The notes under the pieces: model-generated | What the model saw: only the letters and a program-made list of their open reading frames with translations | Databases searched by the model: none | What the model was told of the DNA's origin: nothing | Source: Bacteriovoracia bacterium | Lineage (GTDB): Bacteria; Bdellovibrionota; UBA1018; CAIPTA01 | Direction of reading: 5' to 3' | Assembly: GCA_050246755.1 (NCBI GenBank) | Contig: JBFWVL010000003.1 | Coordinates: 1 to 64,000 of the forward strand | Length of the DNA stretch: 64,000 nucleotides | Shown here: positions 17,129 to 26,817 of the stretch, piece by piece | How positions within the stretch are numbered: the stretch's first letter is position 1 | How the letters are laid out: the number at the start of each line of letters is the position of its first letter | Program-made: the position numbers and the translations under genes

Positions 17129-17156
17129 TAAAGTTCGCTCTCGCCATTCCCGAAAT
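17129..17156 (+). promoter_or_regulatory. Possible sigma28 (FliA) promoter of cheW-mcp
   Basis: TAAA-N16-CCCGAAAT, an imperfect match, upstream of chemotaxis genes. Confidence 0.35.
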
Positions 17157-17162
17157 GCAGGC

Positions 17163-17657
17163 ATGCAAGAAAACAAAAATGGAAATATCGGGCAAGTGTC
17201 GGATTCCCGCCTGATGGAATTCAAGCTCGGCCACGAAAGTTTCGCCTTGCCGTTGCTAGCGGTGCGCGAAGTGATCGCGCTGGCGAACGTAACCCCCATT
17301 CCGCAAAGCCCCCCTTATTTTTTGGGGATTATGAACTTACGGGGTTTAATCGTTTCGATCGTGGATCTGCGCAAGAAAATAGGCGTCCCAGCGGCCACCA
17401 CCGCGGAAAACGCCGTGGTTATCTGCGCACTCGGTGGTGTGTCGATTGGATTTTTAGTCGATTCCGTGGTGGCGGTGCTTAGTCCCGAGGCCGAGGACCT
17501 TTCGGACGCCTCGGATATTCAGGGAATCAAAAGAGGAGACTTTCTCTCCGGCGTTTACCGTCAGAAGGATCGCATCGTGCTGCTCATCGAACCCACGAAG
17601 CTGATGAATGTATCCGACCAACAATTCGTAAAAAATCTGAATCAAAAAGCAGCTTAA
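17163..17657 (+). CDS. cheW: Chemotaxis coupling protein CheW
   Basis: FALPLLAVREVI, LGIMNLRG..VSIVDLR, GFLVDSV. Confidence 0.93.
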   Translation: MQENKNGNIGQVSDSRLMEFKLGHESFALPLLAVREVIALANVTPIPQSPPYFLGIMNLRGLIVSIVDLRKKIGVPAATTAENAVVICALGGVSIGFLVDSVVAVLSPEAEDLSDASDIQGIKRGDFLSGVYRQKDRIVLLIEPTKLMNVSDQQFVKNLNQKAA

Positions 17658-17677
17658 TTTTTTAGAGAGGCAAATCT

Positions 17678-19336
17678 ATGTTTAAGGGAATGAGTCTGAA
17701 CGCGAAAATGATGCTGGCACCGGTTTCACTGATGCTAGTGATCGCAGTATTGGGAGGAATTGGTTATTCGGCCCTCAACGATACCGCTAAAACGTTCGGG
17801 CGTGTTTCCGACGAAAGCGTTCCTAATATTAGATTTGCCAGCGAGATGTTTTTGAACTACCGCCGTATCCGCATTTCCTTGCGTACCCTGGGGCTTACGG
17901 GAATTTCTAAGGCCGATGCGGAACAGGCCGTGCAAGACACGAAGGATGCGATCGCCGCGTACGAGGCCGCCGATAAAGCCTACGTGGCCGTGGGGTTGGA
18001 TGATCCCGAAGAAAAGGCATTGTACGAAAAGCTGAGCGTTGCCTGGGCGGACTTCAAGGCAACCGGCGGGAAGGTTCTCGGGCTTTATGCTTCCGGAAGG
18101 CCGGAAGACATGGCGAAGGTGTACGATATCTTTTTTGTGGAATGCCCAGCGAAAGCGCAAGTCTATACGGCCGCGATTCATGACCTCAATTCGTATCATA
18201 AAAGGAACGCCGAGCTATGGTCGAAGGAGGCCCACGAAGCCGCGCAAGAGGCGAAATCAAAAATTCTCGTGGCGATCGGCGTCGGCATTTTCGCTGGCTT
18301 GGGCCTGACGATTTTTACTTTGAAGTCCGTCAATGGCCTCATCGGTTCCATTTCGGTGGTAACCGCCGATTTATCCAAGGGCGCGGAAGAAGTTTCGGAA
18401 ATTTCCTCCTCGGTTTCGGAAGCGAGCGAAAAGCTTTCTTCGAGCGCCGCCCAGCAGGCCGCTGCTTTGCAGGAAACCACTGCGGCCGTGGAAGAAACGA
18501 GCGCGATGGTCCGCAAAAACGCCGAAAATGCCCAGAGATCGGCCGAGGCTTCTGTTTCCAGCCAGGCGAACGCCGAAAAGGGGAAAAAGGTAGTAGGCGA
18601 GATGATCGTTTCCATCGAGGAGATTTCGGCGAGCAACCAATCGATCATGCAGCAGATTGAGGCGAGCAATAAAGAAATGAGCGATATCGTGGCCGTGATC
18701 AACGAGATCGGCAATAAGACGAAGGTAATTAACGATATCGTTTTCCAAACCAAGCTCCTTTCCTTTAACGCTTCCGTAGAGGCTGCCCGCGCCGGCGAGC
18801 ACGGAAAAGGATTCGCCGTGGTGGCCGAGGAGGTGGGAAACCTCGCCGCGATGAGCGGGCGTTCGGCGAAGGAAATCACGGATCTGCTCGATTCCAGCAC
18901 TAAACGGGTACAAGAAATCGTGGCGAATACCCAAACCAAGGTGGAAGCCTTGATCGCCAAGGGATCGGAACGAGTGAACGCCGGAATCGCGACCGCGAGA
19001 AACTGCGATACCGTGCTCGACGAAATCGTAGCGGACGTGCAGTCGGTGGGCGCCATGGTTACCGAGATCGCGACGGCCAGCCAAGAGCAGTCTAAGGGAA
19101 TTGCCGAGATCAATAAAGCGATCAACGAGCTCGAAGCGGCGGCCCAGCAGAACTCGGTGACCTCGCAAAACGCCGCGGGATCCTCGGAGCAGCTGACCCA
19201 GCAAGTGAAGAATCTTCGCGGATCGATCGGCGAGCTCGGCGGCCTCGTAAAGGGCGGCAAGAATGCGGCCGCGAACGCGCAGGTGATTCCTTTCGCTAAA
19301 ACCGTTCCCATGCAGGCGGCGAGAAAATCCGCTTAA
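17678..19336 (+). CDS. Methyl-accepting chemotaxis protein with four-helix-bundle sensor
   Basis: Two TM segments; signalling hairpin [30 protein letters not shown]. Confidence 0.95.
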   Translation: MFKGMSLNAKMMLAPVSLMLVIAVLGGIGYSALNDTAKTFGRVSDESVPNIRFASEMFLNYRRIRISLRTLGLTGISKADAEQAVQDTKDAIAAYEAADKAYVAVGLDDPEEKALYEKLSVAWADFKATGGKVLGLYASGRPEDMAKVYDIFFVECPAKAQVYTAAIHDLNSYHKRNAELWSKEAHEAAQEAKSKILVAIGVGIFAGLGLTIFTLKSVNGLIGSISVVTADLSKGAEEVSEISSSVSEASEKLSSSAAQQAAALQETTAAVEETSAMVRKNAENAQRSAEASVSSQANAEKGKKVVGEMIVSIEEISASNQSIMQQIEASNKEMSDIVAVINEIGNKTKVINDIVFQTKLLSFNASVEAARAGEHGKGFAVVAEEVGNLAAMSGRSAKEITDLLDSSTKRVQEIVANTQTKVEALIAKGSERVNAGIATARNCDTVLDEIVADVQSVGAMVTEIATASQEQSKGIAEINKAINELEAAAQQNSVTSQNAAGSSEQLTQQVKNLRGSIGELGGLVKGGKNAAANAQVIPFAKTVPMQAARKSA

Positions 19337-19352
19337 GGCTAATTCAGTGAAC

Positions 19353-19400
19353 AAAAAAAGCAGGAAGGCGGCCCGGTGAAGGCCGCCTTCCTGCTTTTTT
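19353..19400. terminator. Bidirectional rho-independent terminator
   Basis: AAAAAAGCAGGAAGGCGGCC-CGGTGAA-GGCCGCCTTCCTGCTTTTTT between convergent genes. Confidence 0.92.
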
Positions 19401-19410
19401 ATACTTACTG

Positions 19411-20265
19411 CTACTGCGCGCGAACGTCGTGGAGGAAATCGGAGAGAACGCGGCTGATGCGGCTGCTCTTCTCGCCTAATTTTCCGGCAATTTTGTTCAC
19501 CACGTGATTGCTGGGCATTTCCAGTTTCACGATGGGCGCGATTTCTTCGGCCCTCAGGCCGAGGGCGCCGAGGAATTTTTCTTTTTCCCGCGATTCCGCG
19601 AGCTGAAGAATTTTCCGTGCCGAGGAGGTGCGGATATTGTAGTCGCGGGCCAACAGCTCGGCGGCATCGCGTTGACGTTTTTTGGTGGGCTCCAGGATGG
19701 TCATGAGGCCTTGTACGCCCGGGCCCTTCCCACCGCGTCCGCGGCCAGGACCGTTACCGTCGCCACGTCCGGAGCCGTTATGATCTCCACCGCCGTGATT
19801 TCCACCACCGCCTTGCCATCCGCCGCCGCCATTGTGATCACCACGGCCAGGACCGTTACCATCGCCACGTCCGGGGCCATTATGATCTCCACCGCCGTGA
19901 TTTCCACCACCGCCTTGCCATCCGCCACCGCCATTGTGATCACCACGGCCAGGACCGTTACCATCGCCACGTCCGGGGCCATTATGATCTCCACCGCCGC
20001 CATGCCAACCGCCGCCGTTCCCAGGATTTGCTGGAGGGGCCGGAGGGGGATTTGGGGCCGGAGGAGTATAAACAGGAGGAGTATACGAAGGGGGGCTCGG
20101 CTGGTCCCAGCCAGAGCTTCCCCCGCTATTCCAGTTATCGCTATTGTCGTAGTCGCGTTGCCAGCCACCGGAGCCGCTGTCGTGGCTATAGGTATAGGAT
20201 TCTTCGCAGCCTGGTAAAAGAGTCAAAGCTCCGAGCGCAAGCCCGAATAAATGTAGATGTTTCAC
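19411..20265 (-). CDS. Lipoprotein with Pro-rich linker, Gly-rich 34-aa repeats and a helical C-terminal domain
   Basis: GGAGG RBS and GTG start; lipobox LLPGC; repeat GGGDHNGPGRGDGNGPGRGDHNGGGGWQGGGGNH. Confidence 0.75.
   Translation of the reverse strand: MKHLHLFGLALGALTLLPGCEESYTYSHDSGSGGWQRDYDNSDNWNSGGSSGWDQPSPPSYTPPVYTPPAPNPPPAPPANPGNGGGWHGGGGDHNGPGRGDGNGPGRGDHNGGGGWQGGGGNHGGGDHNGPGRGDGNGPGRGDHNGGGGWQGGGGNHGGGDHNGSGRGDGNGPGRGRGGKGPGVQGLMTILEPTKKRQRDAAELLARDYNIRTSSARKILQLAESREKEKFLGALGLRAEEIAPIVKLEMPSNHVVNKIAGKLGEKSSRISRVLSDFLHDVRAQ
19742..19999. repeat. Intragenic tandem repeat, 102-bp unit, about 2.5 copies
   Basis: TGATCTCCACCGCC occurs at 19781, 19883 and 19985 (period 102). Confidence 0.92.
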
Positions 20266-20309
20266 GAAACCCTCCAAAAAAGATTGTTGAATAGACCGCG
20301 ACCCGGAGA

Positions 20310-20324
20310 GCAATGGACGTGCCA
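20310..20324 (-). promoter_or_regulatory. Sigma54 promoter of the Gly-rich lipoprotein gene
   Basis: Minus strand TGGCACGTCCATTGC, 45 nt upstream of the GTG start. Confidence 0.7.
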
Positions 20325-20494
20325 CGGCGACTCGTCGATAAAACGCATTTGGAGGTCGCGATCAAATTAGTCGGGGTCAGTATGAGTCCAAGGGTCTAGA
20401 AAAAAATTCCACCGCTATGCGTTATTATTTTGCTCCATTATTTTTCTGAACCATTTTGACCGCATTCCTTGGCCCTGGCATAGTGACCGCACTC

Positions 20495-23400
20495 ATGAGT
20501 CCAGCTCTTCTCTCGGTCCGACGACCGATCTTTATCGCCGCTATCGTAATCCTTTTGCTTTCGCTCGGCCTAATTGCGCTGAAGCGCCTCCCGATCGATC
20601 TCTACCCCGACGTGAATTTTCCTACCGTGCTGGTGATGACCACCTACGATGGTGCCGGCCCTCAAGAGGTGGAAAACGAAATCACGCGCGTGCTTGAAGA
20701 CCAAGTGGCCGCGATCTCGGGCGTGCAAAAGGTAAGCTCGCAGAACCGCGAAGGCGTGAGCATCATCACCGTGGAATTCGATCTGAAGACGAATCTCGAT
20801 TTCGCCGAGCAGCAGGTGCGCGCGAAAGTTTCCAACGCCCTGAAGCTCTTGCCCGACGATGTGGATGCCCCCGTGATCCGACGGATTAGCCCTTCGGACG
20901 CTCCCATTCTCGGGATCGCGCTCGAATCCGATCTTCCCGATGCGAAGCTCTATGATCTGGCGAAAGAAACCGTCTCTCCACAGTTCGAGCAAGTATACCA
21001 AGTGGGCCAGGTGGACATTCTCGGCGGGCGTCGCCGCGAGGTGCACGTCAACCTCGACCGGGATCGCCTGAATCAAGCCGATATTTCGGCCAGCGCCGTG
21101 CAAGCCGCGCTGAAGTCGGGGGGACGTAATATCCCCGCGGGAAAGGTAAATTCTGGAAAGCAGGAATTTACCTTCCGTACCTTCGCCGAGTTCAAAACGA
21201 TTAAAGATATCGAGAATACTTCGCTGCGCCTCGCGAGTGTAAGCTACCCAATCACGATTGCCAGCGTGGGCACGGTGGAAGATGCCCTCCAGGATGAAGC
21301 CACCCGCACGCGTATCAATGGCAAGAAAGCCATCCTCTTCAATATTTTCCGTCAGTCCGGCGCGAACTCGGTGCGGGTGGCCGATCAGGTGAAGCTGCGC
21401 ATGGAAAAGGTGAACAAAGACTTCGAGCGCCAAGGTGTTCACGCCAAGATGACCGTAGTGAGCGATATGACCCGCCGGATCCGCCTCAACGTGGAAGATG
21501 TGCAGGAATCTATCTTCTTCGGGATTGTCCTTACGGTGATCGTGGTCTATTTCTTTCTCGGTAGCCTCAAATCCACGCTCATCACCGGCTTCGCTCTGCC
21601 CAATTCTCTGCTGGGCGCTTGTATCTTCATGCTTTACTTCGATTTCTCCATCAACATCATGAGCCTGCTTGCGATGAGCCTCGTGGTGGGGCTCCTCGTG
21701 GACGACGCCATCGTGGTGAGGGAAAATATTTTCCGACGCCTCGAAGGGGGCATGAGCCCCAAAAGCGCCGCGGTGATTGGCACCAACGAAGTGACCCTCG
21801 CCGTAGTGGCCACCACGCTCACCATTCTCGCCGTGTTCGGCCCGATCGGAAACTTGCAGGGAATCGTGGGCCAATTCTTCAAGCAGTTCGGCCTTACCGT
21901 TTGCTTCGCCATGGCCGTTTCGCTTTTCGACGGTCTCTTCGTGGCGCCGGCCATGAGCGCCTACGTGGGTGGCTCCGCCGGCGACCGCCACGCGGTTCCG
22001 AAGAATCGCCTGCTGCGCTGGAATTGGCAGATGCTGCAGGGATTCGACCGCTTCCAGACCTGGCTCGAGCATAAATATACCGCGCTGCTGCGTTTCTGCC
22101 TGCGCCGCCCTTTGCTCACGATCATGACTTCCATCGGCGTTTTCATCTTCTCGATTTTCATCGCCAAGCACGTGCCGTTCACCTTCTTGCCTCCCCAGGA
22201 CAACGGGGAATTCTTCGTGCAGTACGAGCTGAATGCGGGCGATAGCCTGGATGCCACCGATGAGATCGCGCAGCGGATGGAAACCGAGCTACGCAAGCTT
22301 CCCCAGGTGGAGAATATCTTGACCACCATCGGCTCTGGCCAGGGCGAGGCGCATAAAGGGAATATTTTCGTGAAGCTGGTGGAATCGAAGCGCCGCAAAG
22401 AGAACACTACGCAGATGAAGGAAGTGGTGAAGAAGAATCTCGCTGAGTTCACCGGTCCTTACAAGATGATCGTAACGGATCAATCCAGCGCGGGTGGGCA
22501 GCGTGCCTTCAATTTGAACATTACCGGGCAGGATTTTGAAACGCTCGCGCCCTACGCCGATAAGGTGCTCGGGGTGGTGAAGCAGCATAAGGCGCTCCAG
22601 CAGGCCGACACGAGCTACCGCACCGGGAAACCTGAGTTCCAGGTTTCCATCCGTCCCGAAGTGGCGAAAATTTCCGGCGTTACTCTCACCGGTATCGGGG
22701 AAGAGCTGCGTACGCTGATTTCCGGCATGACCCCTGCGGTATTTCGTGAAAAAGGCGTGGACTACGATGTGCGCGTGCGCCTCAAAGAAAGCCAGCGCGA
22801 CCTGCGGACGCAGTTCCCTTACCTAAAGGTTCCCAACCTTTTGAATCGCCAGGTGCCCCTGCAGAACGTGGCGGTGATGAAAGAAGTGCAAGGCCCCACC
22901 ACGATCTTGCGCGAAAATCGCGCGCGCTATATCCAGATTTCCGCCGATCTCGTGCCGGGAGGCGCGGGTATCGGGGGGGCCATCCAAGATTTCACCAAAA
23001 TGTTTCAGGCCGATCTCAAGCCACCGCCCGGCGTGAATTTCAGCTTCGTAGGGGAGGCCGAGCGCTTCAAAGAGCTGATGACGAACATGCTCGTGTCCCT
23101 CGGCTTGGGGATGATGTTCATCTATCTCGTACTGGCATCGCTTTACGGATCCTTCGTGACGCCGTTCACGATCATGCTCGTGATTCCGCTGGCCGCGTGC
23201 GGAGCCTTTCTCGCGCTCTTCATCACGCGCTCGAGCTTCGATCTCTTCTCGATGATCGGCTGCGTGATGCTGATGGGGCTTGCCACGAAGAATTCCATCT
23301 TGCTCATCGACTATACGATCGAAGAAATGCATAAGGGGACGGACCGGGCCACGGCGCTGATTCGCGCCGGGCAAACCCGGCTACGGCCCATCCTGATGAC

Positions 23401-23623
23401 GACGTTCGCCTTGATCGCGGGCATGATCCCGGTGGCGATCGGCCTGAACGAAGCTTCGAAATCCCGCACCAGTTTGGGCATCGTGGTGATCGGCGGAACG
23501 ATCTCGTCCACCGTGCTTACCCTGGTGGTGATCCCGGCGGCGCATATGTACGTGGATAGATTCCAGGATGCCCTGATCCGTGTCTATCGCCGGATCTTTG
23601 GGCACGACGAGACGGTGGTATAA
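20495..23623 (+). CDS. RND efflux permease, AcrB/AcrD/AcrF family
   Basis: RRPIF, VGLLVDDAIVVREN, KNSILLID, RLRPILMTT. Confidence 0.95.
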   Translation: MSPALLSVRRPIFIAAIVILLLSLGLIALKRLPIDLYPDVNFPTVLVMTTYDGAGPQEVENEITRVLEDQVAAISGVQKVSSQNREGVSIITVEFDLKTNLDFAEQQVRAKVSNALKLLPDDVDAPVIRRISPSDAPILGIALESDLPDAKLYDLAKETVSPQFEQVYQVGQVDILGGRRREVHVNLDRDRLNQADISASAVQAALKSGGRNIPAGKVNSGKQEFTFRTFAEFKTIKDIENTSLRLASVSYPITIASVGTVEDALQDEATRTRINGKKAILFNIFRQSGANSVRVADQVKLRMEKVNKDFERQGVHAKMTVVSDMTRRIRLNVEDVQESIFFGIVLTVIVVYFFLGSLKSTLITGFALPNSLLGACIFMLYFDFSINIMSLLAMSLVVGLLVDDAIVVRENIFRRLEGGMSPKSAAVIGTNEVTLAVVATTLTILAVFGPIGNLQGIVGQFFKQFGLTVCFAMAVSLFDGLFVAPAMSAYVGGSAGDRHAVPKNRLLRWNWQMLQGFDRFQTWLEHKYTALLRFCLRRPLLTIMTSIGVFIFSIFIAKHVPFTFLPPQDNGEFFVQYELNAGDSLDATDEIAQRMETELRKLPQVENILTTIGSGQGEAHKGNIFVKLVESKRRKENTTQMKEVVKKNLAEFTGPYKMIVTDQSSAGGQRAFNLNITGQDFETLAPYADKVLGVVKQHKALQQADTSYRTGKPEFQVSIRPEVAKISGVTLTGIGEELRTLISGMTPAVFREKGVDYDVRVRLKESQRDLRTQFPYLKVPNLLNRQVPLQNVAVMKEVQGPTTILRENRARYIQISADLVPGGAGIGGAIQDFTKMFQADLKPPPGVNFSFVGEAERFKELMTNMLVSLGLGMMFIYLVLASLYGSFVTPFTIMLVIPLAACGAFLALFITRSSFDLFSMIGCVMLMGLATKNSILLIDYTIEEMHKGTDRATALIRAGQTRLRPILMTTFALIAGMIPVAIGLNEASKSRTSLGIVVIGGTISSTVLTLVVIPAAHMYVDRFQDALIRVYRRIFGHDETVV

Positions 23624-23653
23624 ACTTTACCTCCGACGTCGGAGGTAAAGTTT
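23622..23653. repeat. Perfect 32-bp loopless palindrome (terminator or REP-like)
   Basis: AAACTTTACCTCCGAC|GTCGGAGGTAAAGTTT between convergent stop codons. Confidence 0.85.
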
Positions 23654-23670
23654 GCCGTTCGGATTCTCGG

Positions 23671-24126
23671 CTATTTCTTCTTACTTTTCGCCGGAACTTT
23701 TTTTACTGGTTCCGTGCCGGCCGGAATCGTCTCGTCTTCCTTCACCATCGAATCGATTTCCTCCTGGGTAGAAGAGTTCGTGGTGTAGATCGCCTTGCGG
23801 CAGAGCTTGCCCTTGAAATCCTTATCGAGGCCGCGTTCGTCCCAATGAATTTCGGTGGGGGAAATCACCGTTAAGGTCACGGAACGGGAGCCCACGGTGA
23901 ACTCATGGCGATTGCCGGCCGCTTTCTGCACCGTGATTTTCTGGCCCGAATAGGTATTTTGCAAAAAGGCGCCAGTTTGCAGCGAGTCCTTTTTTAAGAT
24001 CACCGGGCTAGGGCAGGCCTCGAATTGCTTGTCGTTGGCGCCCACGAGCAGGAAGTAGGCCTCCTGGGGAACGATATCCGCTGCGAAGGCCGAGCTCACG
24101 AAGCCGAAAAAAAGTAGGTAGCGCAT
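23671..24126 (-). CDS. Secreted hypothetical protein
   Basis: Signal peptide ending SAFA; AGAGG RBS; two Cys. Confidence 0.75.
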   Translation of the reverse strand: MRYLLFFGFVSSAFAADIVPQEAYFLLVGANDKQFEACPSPVILKKDSLQTGAFLQNTYSGQKITVQKAAGNRHEFTVGSRSVTLTVISPTEIHWDERGLDKDFKGKLCRKAIYTTNSSTQEEIDSMVKEDETIPAGTEPVKKVPAKSKKK

Positions 24127-24198
24127 GGGATCCTCTCTCTGTGCGGCCGCTTACCTGTTGGCCGGTATAGCGGGGCCGTCTTTTGCCGATAGGTTAGA

Positions 24199-24987
24199 AT
24201 GAGAATCGTACTACTTCTTTGCGCGCTGGTCATCCTTGCGCCCGCCCAGGCGGAAGCTCTGGTACGCGTAAAATTGAATGCGGAATCGGCGAACGGAAAA
24301 TGTTTACCGCCCGGCAAAGGCACTCCCAAAGAAATTCTGCAACGCAACCAAGTGCAATCCCAAATGGAGGATCGCCGCGCGGTTCCTGCCGATGTGGACA
24401 AGGCCCTTTCCGAGGTGATCGATACGATCGGCCGCATCGGGGATGGGCGTTTTCACTCGCATTGGGGAGTGCTGTACATTTTCGGGAAGAAAAACGGCTT
24501 TTCTTTTCAGCAATCCGATAATAACGAGATCCGGCTCAATCCCGGCAGTGAGAACCGCGCCAAGATCGACGACAAACGCTTCGGTGGGATCATGAACCGC
24601 GGGGTACTCGCGCACGAGCTCGGGCACTATGTTTCGAACCGTGATAACTTTGCGATTTTGCACCAGTACATGGCCGCGGTACCGGCCGCCTGCTACCTCA
24701 CGGACTACGCACGCGATGTATACCGGGATTTCGGCCGGGAATTACGCATGGAAGAATTTGCGGAAGTGTTCGCGGCCTATATTACCAACCCAAGCTTACT
24801 CGCTCGCAAAGGACCAGCCTGCGAAAAGGCCCGGCGTTTTGTGAGTCAGCTGTTTGCGGAAACCGCGAATAAATCGGAATCCTGCGAAAGCCGGCGGGCT
24901 TCGTTGGGGGCGGGGGGCGCGGAGTCCTCGGTTCCATTGCCCAAGCCGCGCCCGGAGAGGGCGCCTAAAGCGATACCAGCCCCGTAA
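24199..24987 (+). CDS. Secreted zinc metallopeptidase-like protein (gluzincin)
   Basis: Signal peptide; AHELGH plus downstream EEFAEVF. Confidence 0.7.
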   Translation: MRIVLLLCALVILAPAQAEALVRVKLNAESANGKCLPPGKGTPKEILQRNQVQSQMEDRRAVPADVDKALSEVIDTIGRIGDGRFHSHWGVLYIFGKKNGFSFQQSDNNEIRLNPGSENRAKIDDKRFGGIMNRGVLAHELGHYVSNRDNFAILHQYMAAVPAACYLTDYARDVYRDFGRELRMEEFAEVFAAYITNPSLLARKGPACEKARRFVSQLFAETANKSESCESRRASLGAGGAESSVPLPKPRPERAPKAIPAP

Positions 24988-25243
24988 TTCCCTTCACTTT
25001 AGCGTAGACCTCGAGCACTTCCCGAGCCGAGCCCATGGCGCAGTGGAAAGTATAGGCCATATAACGGCCTTCAGCGGAAGGGCGGGTTTCGGTTCTCTCG
25101 GCATCCTTCATTATGGTCTCGAGCTCCTTGGCCTTGGCCACGGGTACGATGAATTTAAAAGGATAAATGGAGGGCCACTTATGGCTGGCATCCAAAAGGC
25201 TGAGGAGGCGGGCTTCTTCGGCGTCTTTCATGGCGCCCTTCAT
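24965..25243 (-). CDS. DUF493/YbeD-like ACT-fold protein
   Basis: H.WPSIYPFKFIVP, RPSAEGRY, C-terminal GLVSL. Confidence 0.8.
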   Translation of the reverse strand: MKGAMKDAEEARLLSLLDASHKWPSIYPFKFIVPVAKAKELETIMKDAERTETRPSAEGRYMAYTFHCAMGSAREVLEVYAKVKGITGLVSL

Positions 25244-25425
25244 ACCAGAAATTAGCGGGAGATGGAAGCTGAGACTCGACGATAAAATAAATAGGAAATG
25301 TTTGGTTCGATTTTTTACGTAGGGCCGGAATCAGGGTAATGCTGTCAGTCTTTGACAGGAGAAAATCCTACTTTTCCTTTCCACTTCGGTCGTTTTCTTG
25401 TAACGTTTTCTCGAGTAATAACGCT

Positions 25426-26487
25426 ATGCAGATCGAAATTAAAAAAACGTCTCGGCCGCGTGCGAAAGCTCCCGTAGGGCAGCTTGGCTTCGGAAAATAT
25501 TTTTCCGATCATATGTTTTTGCTCGATTACCAGGACGGGCGCTGGCAGCGCCCCCGGATTGAGCCCTACGGCCCGCTCTCACTCGAGCCCGGGGCCTGCG
25601 TGCTTCACTATTCCCAGTGTCTTTTCGAAGGCCAGAAGGCCTTTCGCGGCGGAAACGGCAAGGTGCGTTTATTTCGGCCGCGCTTCCACGCCGAACGTAT
25701 GGCCAAAGGGGCGCGCCGGCTTTGTATGCCCAGCGTGCCCGAAGAAGATTTCCTGGCGGCGGTTCGTGCTTTAGTGAAACTGGACGCCGACTGGATCCCG
25801 GACAGTAAAGGTTCTTCGCTTTACCTGCGTCCCACGATCATCGGTACCGAGTCTTTCCTCGGCGTGAGGCCGGCCGAGAAATATACTTTCTTCATCATTA
25901 CCAGTCCCGTGGGTGCTTACTATGCCGAGGGCTTCAATCCCGTGAAAATCTGGGTGGAGGAAGAATTCGTGCGGGCGGCCCCGGGGGGGCTCGGCGCGGT
26001 AAAAGCCGGCGCGAATTATGCAGCTTCCATGCAGGCTTCGATGGCCGCTAAAGCTAATGGTTTCTCGCAGGTGCTTTGGCTGGATGCCGTTACCCACAAA
26101 CAAATCGAAGAAGTGGGCACGATGAACGTTTTTTTTCGTTTTAAGAACGAAGTGGTTACGCCTCCGCTCGGTGGTACCATTCTCAACGGCGCCACCCGTG
26201 ACTGCGTGATTCGTTTGCTCCAGGACTGGAATATCAATGTGCGGGAGCGTTCGCTCACGATCGATGAAGTGCTGCAAGCGTATAAGAGCGGCGATCTACT
26301 CGAAGCGTTTGGTACCGGCACCGCCGCCGTGATTTCGCCCATTGGCGAATTATCCACCAAAAATGAAACGATGAAGCTTTGCCCAGACGGAAAAGCGGCG
26401 GAGCTTACGCAACGCCTCTACAACGAAATCACCGCCATTCAATACGGGGAAAAAGCTGATCCCTACGGCTGGATCGAAGAGCTCTAG
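25426..26487 (+). CDS. ilvE: Branched-chain amino acid aminotransferase
   Basis: LHYSQCLFEGQKA, LYLRP, KAGANYA, EEVGTMN, GTGTAAVISP. Confidence 0.95.
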   Translation: MQIEIKKTSRPRAKAPVGQLGFGKYFSDHMFLLDYQDGRWQRPRIEPYGPLSLEPGACVLHYSQCLFEGQKAFRGGNGKVRLFRPRFHAERMAKGARRLCMPSVPEEDFLAAVRALVKLDADWIPDSKGSSLYLRPTIIGTESFLGVRPAEKYTFFIITSPVGAYYAEGFNPVKIWVEEEFVRAAPGGLGAVKAGANYAASMQASMAAKANGFSQVLWLDAVTHKQIEEVGTMNVFFRFKNEVVTPPLGGTILNGATRDCVIRLLQDWNINVRERSLTIDEVLQAYKSGDLLEAFGTGTAAVISPIGELSTKNETMKLCPDGKAAELTQRLYNEITAIQYGEKADPYGWIEEL

Positions 26488-26493
26488 GCGCAA

Positions 26494-26817
26494 ATGGAAG
26501 CCTGGCGTAAATGCAGTTCCTGCAAAAAAGACGTCGGCTTCGAATCGAATTATTGGGCTTGCAACGTGTCCACCTGCAACCGCTCCCGCACTTTTCTGGT
26601 TTTCTGCACCGTCAGCTGCTGGGATGCCCACCTCGGCATGCTTCGCCACCGCGATTCCTGGGCACTCGAGATGAAATCTCCCTCGAAGGATTTTTGGGAA
26701 AAAGTTCAGGCGGGCCAGGAAAATTGGCCGCCCCGGGAAACAAAGGCGAAAGAAGAAAAAGCCCCCGCGCCCAAGCCGGCCAGCAGCGGGCCTAAAGTAA
26801 TCCGCCGCCGTTCTTAG
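26494..26817 (+). CDS. Small Cys/His-rich putative zinc-binding protein
   Basis: CSSC...CNVSTC...FCTVSCWDAH...H. Confidence 0.75.
   Translation: MEAWRKCSSCKKDVGFESNYWACNVSTCNRSRTFLVFCTVSCWDAHLGMLRHRDSWALEMKSPSKDFWEKVQAGQENWPPRETKAKEEKAPAPKPASSGPKVIRRRS

Noticed and set aside
18196-19354. Long minus-strand ORFs (371 and 327 aa)
   Set aside because: Antisense shadows of the MCP gene caused by codon bias.
19742-19999. CRISPR-like periodic repeat
   Set aside because: The units are contiguous, in frame (102 bp) and lack unique spacers; no cas genes are nearby.
20570-22171. 533-aa minus-strand ORF
   Set aside because: Antisense shadow of the RND permease.
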